Shown here: positions 23,417 to 30,957 of the stretch, piece by piece | Layout: every line of letters starts with the position of its first letter | Numbering within the stretch: the stretch's first letter is position 1 | From: an uncultured Methanomassiliicoccales archaeon | GTDB lineage: Archaea; Thermoplasmatota; Thermoplasmata; RBG-16-68-12; CAYFXO01 | Direction: 5' to 3' | DNA length: 41,656 nt | NCBI GenBank assembly: GCA_964347125.1 | Contig: CAYFXO010000005.1 | Coordinates: 1 to 41,656 of the forward strand | Made by a program: the position numbers and the translations under genes | The notes under the pieces: model-generated | What the model saw: only the letters and a program-made list of their open reading frames with translations | Database searches by the model: none | Told to the model about the DNA's origin: nothing

Positions 23417-26236
23417 ATGGAATCGAGACGATTCGGTGCGATTGCCATGGTCTCCGTGACCGTGGCGCTCGCCCTCGTGGGTAGCAGCCTTTTCCTGGCC
23501 TACGCGGGCGCGCACAATGTGAGCGGGACACGTCAAGAGTTCGTCTTGCGCATCGGCGCCCAGGACGACATCGAGACGAAGAACATCTTTGGTCACTACC
23601 TCTCGCCTGATGTGTGGACGGCGAACGTGCTGGACCCCCTGTACGACGGGTTCCTGCAGGCGGACCCGGACACGGACCAGCTGCTTCCCTACATCGCGCG
23701 GGGCGTGGACTTCGACGAGAGCGGCACGCTCGAGCGGGACGAAGTCGGCGTCTTCGCGAAGCAGGCGGGATCGGACCAGAGAACGGTCACGATCTACTAC
23801 GACCTGAGCGGCGTCCAGTTCGACGACGGGACCCCGGCCACCGTGGAGGACCTCCTGTTCTCCTTCCACGCGGAAGTGAAGATCCCCACATCCATTAGCA
23901 AGGACGTGATCAAGGACCAGATGGGGCTGGCGGGTTCGAACTACTCCACGACCCGATGGCTCCACCTGTACCGGATGGACAACATGAACATCTGGGAGGA
24001 TGAAGGGACGGGCAATCCCTCCACGAATCCCGCCCGGGTGGCCCTGCAGTTCAAGCTCCAGGGCGACTTCTACAACTTCTACCGGGCGTCCACGAGCGTC
24101 ACCCTGTATCCGCGCTACCTGTGGGAAGGGACCGGCTCCTCGATTACGTGGGACAACCCCGGCTCCCGGTTCCACGGTCAGGTCGTGGACTGCACCCACG
24201 CGGACTGGGGCAACGCGCTGGACACCTCCACCTGGAACGGTGTGCCGGAAGCGGACCCCGCGGCGTGGGACTTGGACAGCGCCTCCCAGTGGACCGTGCC
24301 CGACGGCTGCATGATCGGGACGGGCCCGTACGTGTGGGACCAGTGGATCCCGGGCAGCTTCGCGAAGCTGAACCGGAACCCCCAGTTCTTCTCGACGGTG
24401 GACGGGGCGGGATACGAGTACATCCACGCGCCGTTCCTGGACGGGATGCGCTACCAGATCTACAAGACGGTCCAGGCCGCGGTGTTCGCCCTCCAGGCGA
24501 ACGAGATCGATGTGATCTCGTGGTCCATCCCACCCGACCAAGTGGCGGACCTGCAGAACAACCCGGACATCACCGTGAGCAGCAACGCGGAGAAGGGCTT
24601 CTTCTACCTGGCGTACCACATGCAGATCGCCGGCGGCGCGCCGTGGGCCTATGAGGACGGCGATCCGACGAAGGCGGACATCGGCATCCCCTTCCGCCAG
24701 GCGGTGGCCCACACCATCGACAAGCGGCAGATCGTCACCTCGCTGTTGCAGAACTTCGGCGTCATCGCGGACGGCGTCGTGTCGCCCGTGTCGACGCGGT
24801 GGTACAACTCGTCCCTGCCCCAGTACGACTTCGACCTGGCGCAGGCGGCGGCCATCCTGGACACGTTCTCGACGGACCCGGGAGGCACCTGTCAGCAGGA
24901 CGGGACCGGGTGCCGGAGCTTCGTGGGCATCGGGTCGTCCCTCTTCGACATCCAGTGCCCCCAGGCCGACTACGACCCCATCCGGGCCGCGGCGTGCAGC
25001 ATGATCGAGACCCAGATGCGGGCGGTCGGGATGAACGTGAAGGCGACGCACCTGGCCTTCTCCCAGATCACCCAGAACCTGGACAACCGGGACATGCGCA
25101 TGTGGATCCTCGGGTGGCGCATCGGCAGCGACCCGCCGGACTACCTCCACGCGTTCTTCTACTCGGGGAACTACCCCGACGGGCAGAACTACCCCGGCTA
25201 CGCCAACCCCGTGTTCGACCAGCTGGTGACGGACATCCGCGCGAACCTGGACCCCGACAGCCAGGCGGACCAAGTGAAGTACGCCCAGGGCATCATCTCC
25301 ACGGAGCTCCCGTACGACGTCCTGTACTACCGGACGAACATCGAGGCGTACCGGAACGACCGGACGAGCAACTGGACCGTGGGGGCGGCGGGTTCCATCT
25401 TCGGCGGTTCGTACTGGTCCTGGATCGGCGTGGAGCCGCCGAAGCCGGGATCGCTGCGGGCCACGGTCACCACGGAGACCGCCGTCGCTTCGGGCGGCAC
25501 GATCCCCGTGACGGCCACCGTGCGGGACCCGGACAACAGCCCCTTCGCCAACGCCGACGTGACCCTCCGGGCCACGGGCGGCACCTGGGCCAACCCGGGA
25601 GCCGACCCCCTGACCACCTCCGGAACGACCCTCTCCACGGGCAAGTTCACGGGCAACTACATCGCGCCCACGGTGACGACGAAGCAGAAGGTCTTCATCA
25701 GCGTCTCGGCGAGTGACCCCGGCGGCGTGTTCGGGGACTCCCTGGAGACCTCCGTCGTGGTCACGGTGTTCCCGCCCGGGGTGAGCTTCCTCTCGATTAC
25801 GGCCGACGCGACGAGCACCGTCGCCGAGGTCGGGGACGCCATCCTGATCGACGTGACGGTGCGCGACGAGGCGCGGGTCACCGTCGATACGGCCGACGTC
25901 GCCGTGGCGGTACAGCCGACGGCGAGCCCGGGAGCGACGCCCACCAGCGGGCAGACGGACTCGGCCGGGAGGATTCAGATCTCCTTCCAGGTCGATGACA
26001 TCGGCGGCGTGGAGTCGAAGGACTACCAGTTGACCTTCAACGCCACGAAGGCCGGCTTCGAACCTGCGCCGGGACGGGTCCTGGACCTGACCATCTTCGA
26101 ACCAGAAACTCCTGGTGGAACGGGAGGCGACGGCGGACCGGTGGTCCCCGCCCTTGACATGCTGGCCGTCCTCGCGGTGGTCGGCACCCTGGCGGTGGCC
26201 TACGGCTACGTCCGAGAACGAGGGAAGAGGGAGTAG
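23417..26236 (+). CDS. ABC transporter substrate-binding protein, family 5 (Opp/Dpp-type), with C-terminal Ig-like repeats and a TM anchor (copy 1)
   Basis: ATG at 23417 with GGAGG at 23406-23410 (track start GTG 23366 is possible). Signal/anchor FGAIAMVSVTVALALVGSSLFLAYAG. The SBP_bac_5-like core has GTGPY, FAKLNRNPQFF and NPDITV. The tail has two Big_1-like repeats and the TM helix LDMLAVLAVVGTLAVAYGYV. Confidence 0.85.
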   Translation: MESRRFGAIAMVSVTVALALVGSSLFLAYAGAHNVSGTRQEFVLRIGAQDDIETKNIFGHYLSPDVWTANVLDPLYDGFLQADPDTDQLLPYIARGVDFDESGTLERDEVGVFAKQAGSDQRTVTIYYDLSGVQFDDGTPATVEDLLFSFHAEVKIPTSISKDVIKDQMGLAGSNYSTTRWLHLYRMDNMNIWEDEGTGNPSTNPARVALQFKLQGDFYNFYRASTSVTLYPRYLWEGTGSSITWDNPGSRFHGQVVDCTHADWGNALDTSTWNGVPEADPAAWDLDSASQWTVPDGCMIGTGPYVWDQWIPGSFAKLNRNPQFFSTVDGAGYEYIHAPFLDGMRYQIYKTVQAAVFALQANEIDVISWSIPPDQVADLQNNPDITVSSNAEKGFFYLAYHMQIAGGAPWAYEDGDPTKADIGIPFRQAVAHTIDKRQIVTSLLQNFGVIADGVVSPVSTRWYNSSLPQYDFDLAQAAAILDTFSTDPGGTCQQDGTGCRSFVGIGSSLFDIQCPQADYDPIRAAACSMIETQMRAVGMNVKATHLAFSQITQNLDNRDMRMWILGWRIGSDPPDYLHAFFYSGNYPDGQNYPGYANPVFDQLVTDIRANLDPDSQADQVKYAQGIISTELPYDVLYYRTNIEAYRNDRTSNWTVGAAGSIFGGSYWSWIGVEPPKPGSLRATVTTETAVASGGTIPVTATVRDPDNSPFANADVTLRATGGTWANPGADPLTTSGTTLSTGKFTGNYIAPTVTTKQKVFISVSASDPGGVFGDSLETSVVVTVFPPGVSFLSITADATSTVAEVGDAILIDVTVRDEARVTVDTADVAVAVQPTASPGATPTSGQTDSAGRIQISFQVDDIGGVESKDYQLTFNATKAGFEPAPGRVLDLTIFEPETPGGTGGDGGPVVPALDMLAVLAVVGTLAVAYGYVRERGKRE
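24454..25461. repeat. 1008-bp tract 100% identical to 27343-28350 (copy A)
   Basis: Base-by-base comparison at both borders and at sampled internal lines. The off-frame track ORFs are identical (24649..24888 = 27538..27777; 24651..25004 = 27540..27893). Constant offset of 2889 nt. Confidence 0.9.
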
Positions 26237-26263
26237 GCTCCCTCTCCCCCTCTCAACCTTTTT
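26227..26263 (+). terminator. Stem-loop spanning the stop codon of copy 1, followed by a T5 run (possible partial terminator/attenuator between the two binding-protein genes)
   Basis: GAGGGAG-TAGG-CTCCCTC (26227-26244) is a perfect 7-bp stem. A pyrimidine-rich tail follows, with TTTTT at 26259-26263. Confidence 0.35.
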
Positions 26264-26302
26264 CCCCTCTTTCGGTCATCCAGGGGAAAGGGAGGAGTGG
26301 AC

Positions 26303-29110
26303 ATGGAACCCAGAAGCCCCGCGAGGCGAAGCGTAGCCCTCGTCCTAGCCATAGCCGCCGCGCTGCTGGCCGGGACGGTCTTCGCGACCGCCGCCGCGGC
26401 CTACGATAGGAACGGGACACGTCAGGAGTTCGTCCTGCGCATCGGCGCCCAGGACGACATCGAGACCAAGAACTTCTTCGGGAACGCGCTGTCGCCGGAC
26501 GTGTGGACGGCGAACGTCCTGGGGCCCCTCACGGACGGGGTCCTGCAGGCGGACCCGGACACGGACCAACAGCTGCCCTACGTCGCCCGGGGCGTGGACT
26601 TCGACGAGGACGGCACCTTCGAGCGGGACGAGGTCGGGGTGTTCGGGAAGCAGGCGGGGACGAACCAGCGGGTCGTCACGGTCTACTACGACCTGAACGG
26701 GGCGGAGTTCCACGACGGGACGCAGGCGACGGTGGAGGACCTGATGTTCTCGTACCACGCCACGACGAAGATCCCCACGGTCATCAGCAACGACGTGATC
26801 AAGGACCAGGCGGGCCTCGCGGGGTCGAACTACTCCACGACCCGGTGGCTCCACATCTACAAGTTGGACCCGCTGAACGTGTGGGAGGATGAGGGGACGG
26901 GCTCCCCGTCGGGCGACCCCTACCGCGTGGCCCTCCAGTTCCAGTTGCAGGGCGACTACTACGACTTCTACCGGAGCACGATCTCCGTCGGTCTCCTGCC
27001 GCGGGCCCTCTGGGAAGGGACGGGGGCGAGCATCATCTGGAACAACCCCGGCTCGCGGTTCAACGGACAGACGGTGGACTGCACCCACGCGGACTGGGGT
27101 CAGGTCCTCGACACCTCGATCTGGAACGGCGTGCCGGAGACCGCCCCGAACGCCTGGGACCTGAACGGGGCTGCGGAGTGGACCGTCCCCGACGGCTGCA
27201 TGATCGGGACGGGCCCGTACGTGTGGGACCAGTGGGTCCCGGGGAGCTTCGCGAAGCTGAACCGGAACCCCCAGTTCTTCACCACGGTGGACGCGAGCGG
27301 CTACGAGTACATCCACCCGCCCTTCCTGGACGGGATGCGGTTCCAGATCTACAAGACGGTCCAGGCCGCGGTGTTCGCCCTCCAGGCGAACGAGATCGAT
27401 GTGATCTCGTGGTCCATCCCACCCGACCAAGTGGCGGACCTGCAGAACAACCCGGACATCACCGTGAGCAGCAACGCGGAGAAGGGCTTCTTCTACCTGG
27501 CGTACCACATGCAGATCGCCGGCGGCGCGCCGTGGGCCTATGAGGACGGCGATCCGACGAAGGCGGACATCGGCATCCCCTTCCGCCAGGCGGTGGCCCA
27601 CACCATCGACAAGCGGCAGATCGTCACCTCGCTGTTGCAGAACTTCGGCGTCATCGCGGACGGCGTCGTGTCGCCCGTGTCGACGCGGTGGTACAACTCG
27701 TCCCTGCCCCAGTACGACTTCGACCTGGCGCAGGCGGCGGCCATCCTGGACACGTTCTCGACGGACCCGGGAGGCACCTGTCAGCAGGACGGGACCGGGT
27801 GCCGGAGCTTCGTGGGCATCGGGTCGTCCCTCTTCGACATCCAGTGCCCCCAGGCCGACTACGACCCCATCCGGGCCGCGGCGTGCAGCATGATCGAGAC
27901 CCAGATGCGGGCGGTCGGGATGAACGTGAAGGCGACGCACCTGGCCTTCTCCCAGATCACCCAGAACCTGGACAACCGGGACATGCGCATGTGGATCCTC
28001 GGGTGGCGCATCGGCAGCGACCCGCCGGACTACCTCCACGCGTTCTTCTACTCGGGGAACTACCCCGACGGGCAGAACTACCCCGGCTACGCCAACCCCG
28101 TGTTCGACCAGCTGGTGACGGACATCCGCGCGAACCTGGACCCCGACAGCCAGGCGGACCAAGTGAAGTACGCCCAGGGCATCATCTCCACGGAGCTCCC
28201 GTACGACGTCCTGTACTACCGGACGAACATCGAGGCGTACCGGAACGACCGGACGAGCAACTGGACCGTGGGGGCGGCGGGTTCCATCTTCGGCGGTTCG
28301 TACTGGTCCTGGATCGGCGTGGAGCCGCCGAAGCCGGGATCGCTGCGGGCGACCCTGACGACGGCCTCCGCCGTCGCCTCCGGGGGGAGCGTGTCCGTCT
28401 CGGCGACGGTCCGCAACCCGGACAACGACCCGGTGGCGGGGATGGATGTGACCCTCCGGGCCACGGGAGGCACGTGGCAGAACCCGGACCCGAACGACCC
28501 CAACGGCCTGACGACGAAGGGGACCACCCTGGTGACTGGGAAGTTCACCACGAACTACATCGCGCCCACGGTGACGACGAAGCAGAAGGTCCCCATCACC
28601 GTCCAGGCGAAGGACCCGAACGGGATCTTCGGCGAATCCCTCGAGACCTCCCTCATCCTCACCGTATTCCCCGCGGGGGTGGACTTCCTCTCGGTGAGCG
28701 TGGACCCCACGAGCGACCTGACCGTGGAAGGGGACCCCGTCCTCATCACGGTCACCGTGCGGGACCAGGACCAGATCCCCGTGGGCGCTTCCGACGTCGC
28801 CGTGACGGTGCAGCCCACGGCCAGCCCGGGCGCCAGCCCCACGACGGGGCCGACGGACGCCTCGGGGCTGATCCAGGTGACCTTCCAGGTGGATGACATC
28901 GGCGGCGTCCCGTCCAAGGCCTTCGAACTCACCTTCAACGCCACGAAGGCGGGCTACGCGGAGGCGCCGGGCCGCATCCTGGAGGTGAACGTCCTTGAGC
29001 TGGAGGAGACGCCGCCCCCGCCGGACGGCATCCCCGCCCTGGAGATCGCCGTCGTGGTCATGGCCATCCTCGCGGTGGCGGTCATCGTGCGTTGGCGGCA
29101 GCGCTGGTAG
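26303..29110 (+). CDS. ABC transporter substrate-binding protein, family 5, with C-terminal Ig-like repeats and a TM anchor (copy 2)
   Basis: ATG at 26303 with GGAGG at 26291-26295 (track start GTG 26297). Same architecture as copy 1. C-terminal anchor is IPALEIAVVVMAILAVAVIVRW. Confidence 0.85.
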   Translation: MEPRSPARRSVALVLAIAAALLAGTVFATAAAAYDRNGTRQEFVLRIGAQDDIETKNFFGNALSPDVWTANVLGPLTDGVLQADPDTDQQLPYVARGVDFDEDGTFERDEVGVFGKQAGTNQRVVTVYYDLNGAEFHDGTQATVEDLMFSYHATTKIPTVISNDVIKDQAGLAGSNYSTTRWLHIYKLDPLNVWEDEGTGSPSGDPYRVALQFQLQGDYYDFYRSTISVGLLPRALWEGTGASIIWNNPGSRFNGQTVDCTHADWGQVLDTSIWNGVPETAPNAWDLNGAAEWTVPDGCMIGTGPYVWDQWVPGSFAKLNRNPQFFTTVDASGYEYIHPPFLDGMRFQIYKTVQAAVFALQANEIDVISWSIPPDQVADLQNNPDITVSSNAEKGFFYLAYHMQIAGGAPWAYEDGDPTKADIGIPFRQAVAHTIDKRQIVTSLLQNFGVIADGVVSPVSTRWYNSSLPQYDFDLAQAAAILDTFSTDPGGTCQQDGTGCRSFVGIGSSLFDIQCPQADYDPIRAAACSMIETQMRAVGMNVKATHLAFSQITQNLDNRDMRMWILGWRIGSDPPDYLHAFFYSGNYPDGQNYPGYANPVFDQLVTDIRANLDPDSQADQVKYAQGIISTELPYDVLYYRTNIEAYRNDRTSNWTVGAAGSIFGGSYWSWIGVEPPKPGSLRATLTTASAVASGGSVSVSATVRNPDNDPVAGMDVTLRATGGTWQNPDPNDPNGLTTKGTTLVTGKFTTNYIAPTVTTKQKVPITVQAKDPNGIFGESLETSLILTVFPAGVDFLSVSVDPTSDLTVEGDPVLITVTVRDQDQIPVGASDVAVTVQPTASPGASPTTGPTDASGLIQVTFQVDDIGGVPSKAFELTFNATKAGYAEAPGRILEVNVLELEETPPPPDGIPALEIAVVVMAILAVAVIVRWRQRW
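27343..28350. repeat. 1008-bp tract 100% identical to 24454-25461 (copy B)
   Basis: See copy A. Confidence 0.9.
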
Positions 29111-29193
29111 GCCGGCCGCGCCCGCGACCGGGCAGCGGCGCCGAGACGCCCCGCCGGAGAGGTCGAAGCAGAGGCCGAACCCATGGAGAAAAA

Positions 29194-29225
29194 CGACAAT
29201 CGGGTGTACAAATGACGTTAAATAG
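29194..29225 (+). promoter_or_regulatory. Locus-specific promoter/operator, site 3
   Basis: ACAA at 29196-29199, GTACAAAT at 29206-29213, 4 nt, then TATA TTAAATAG at 29218-29225. ATG 29259 is preceded by GGGGAGG. Confidence 0.6.
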
Positions 29226-29258
29226 GGCAGGGATTATGAGAACGGGGAGGCGGGCCCC

Positions 29259-30956
29259 ATGAGGATTTGGAGGTACCTGGCCAGGCGTGCCATCCAAACC
29301 GTCATCACCCTGATCGTGGTCGTCATCCTGCTCTTCGTCATCTTCCGCCTGATGCCCGGCGACCCGACGCGGTTCTTCATCCAGCCCGGGCAGACCCAGG
29401 AGAACATCGACCGCCTCTGCATCCAGTTCGGGCTCTGCAAGGCCGTCCCCGCGCAGGGCACGGACTACGAGTCGGCGTTCAACACGAACGACCTGGGGGC
29501 CTACGAGATCGTCATCACCGTGAGGGACAGGAGGGACAACGTGGGGACGTTCTACGCCGCCCATACGCGGGAGCCCGGCTTCCCCCCGGGCGCCCTGGGC
29601 ATCGTCAACATCTCCGCCTCCCCGTACCACATCGTCAACGTCACGGACGCGGTGGTGCTGAACGCGGAGCCCCGGGTGCCGGGCGGCGGACCGTTCAACC
29701 TGTGGGCGGTGATCGAGTATCCCGACAGCTCGATGGACAACGTCACCCTCGCCCCCACTGGCTCGGTATACTACCAGGCCACCTTCACCCCCGACCAGGC
29801 GGGGGTCTACCGCATCACGTTGGGCATCCAGGCCGCCGGCTCCATCGAACGCGCCCCCTTCACCGTCGCGGCCAACGACCTCCCGGCGGACTTGGACCCA
29901 TTCCTCCTTCAGGACGACCACGTCTACATCGAGCGGGTTCTGACGGGGACGCAGGTCGTGGACCCGTTCCGGAACCGGGTCCATGTGAGCGTCGTCTCCA
30001 CCGCGGCGGGGGGCGGCCTCGGCTCCATCCAGAACGTCACGGCGACCATCACGTCCCACACGTGGGACACCCAGGGGGACGGGGGACAGGGGGCCTACGG
30101 GGCGTTCTCCGTGGTCGTCGAGAACCTCCCCTTGATTCACGTGGACGAGGTCGTGCGTACGACGGCGTGGGAGCAGTTCGTCCCCTACTTGCAGTCCATG
30201 CTGACGTTCGACTTCGGGAACTCCTTCTTCAGCCGGCAGCCGGTCATCGACGAAATCTCCCAGCGGATCCCCCCGACCCTCCTGTTGTTCGGCAGCGCCC
30301 TCATCCTCTCCACCTTCATCGGGGTCGCCCTGGGCGTCCTCCTGGCGTGGTACCGGGGGACGAAGTTTGAGATGAGCGCCATCGTGGTGTCCCTCTTCTT
30401 CTACTCCATGCCCCTGTTCTGGTTCGGCCTCATCCTGCTGTGGGCCTTCGGCTTCCGCCTGGGCTGGTTCCCCCTCGGCGGCATGATCACGCCGGGGCTA
30501 TGGGAAGGGGGCCCCCCGGACATCGGCACCCAGATCCTCGACATCGGCCGCCACCTGGTGCTGCCCCTCGCCACCCTGATGATCCTGGGGCTCGCGGGGA
30601 CGATCCTCCTCATGCGGAACTCCATGCTAGAGGTCCTGGGGGAGGACTACATCACCACCGCGAAGGCGAAAGGGCTCTCGGAGCGGCAGGTCATGTACCG
30701 CCACGCGGCGCGAAACGCCCTCCTCCCCGTCACGACGGCGGTGGCCATCGCCGCCGGAGGGGTCATCAGCGGGGGCGTCCTCACGGAGACGATCTTCTCC
30801 TGGCCCGGGATGGGCTTCTACCTGGTCAACCGCACCCTGCGCCAGGACTACCCCGCCATCCAGGCCACCTTCTACATCCTGGCCATCCTGACCATCATCG
30901 CGAACTGGGTCGCCGACATGCTGTACGCCGTGCTGGACCCCCGGGTGAGGTTGTAG
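29259..30956 (+). CDS. ABC transporter permease (DppB/OppB-type) with a ~240-aa extracytoplasmic insertion
   Basis: N-terminus MRIWRYLARRAIQTVITLIVVVILLFVIFRLMPGDP is the canonical DppB head. The C-terminal core has the EAA-like loop ITTAKAKGLSERQVMYRHAARNALLP. 565 aa, versus ~310-340 for typical family members. Confidence 0.9.
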   Translation: MRIWRYLARRAIQTVITLIVVVILLFVIFRLMPGDPTRFFIQPGQTQENIDRLCIQFGLCKAVPAQGTDYESAFNTNDLGAYEIVITVRDRRDNVGTFYAAHTREPGFPPGALGIVNISASPYHIVNVTDAVVLNAEPRVPGGGPFNLWAVIEYPDSSMDNVTLAPTGSVYYQATFTPDQAGVYRITLGIQAAGSIERAPFTVAANDLPADLDPFLLQDDHVYIERVLTGTQVVDPFRNRVHVSVVSTAAGGGLGSIQNVTATITSHTWDTQGDGGQGAYGAFSVVVENLPLIHVDEVVRTTAWEQFVPYLQSMLTFDFGNSFFSRQPVIDEISQRIPPTLLLFGSALILSTFIGVALGVLLAWYRGTKFEMSAIVVSLFFYSMPLFWFGLILLWAFGFRLGWFPLGGMITPGLWEGGPPDIGTQILDIGRHLVLPLATLMILGLAGTILLMRNSMLEVLGEDYITTAKAKGLSERQVMYRHAARNALLPVTTAVAIAAGGVISGGVLTETIFSWPGMGFYLVNRTLRQDYPAIQATFYILAILTIIANWVADMLYAVLDPRVRL

Positions 30957-30957
30957 G

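Noticed and set aside
24454-25461. The 1008-bp perfect repeat as a mobile element or insertion sequence
   Set aside because: Both copies are in frame inside paralogous binding-protein genes and encode the conserved SBP lobe. There are no terminal inverted repeats, target duplications or transposase. Gene conversion or an assembly issue explains it better.
29236-29262. 8-codon mini-ORF (MRTGRRAP) whose TGA overlaps the permease ATG (ATGA)
   Set aside because: With the TATA box at 29218-29225, the transcript probably starts at or after this ATG. The GGGGAGG inside it is better explained as the Shine-Dalgarno element for ATG 29259. Too short to support.
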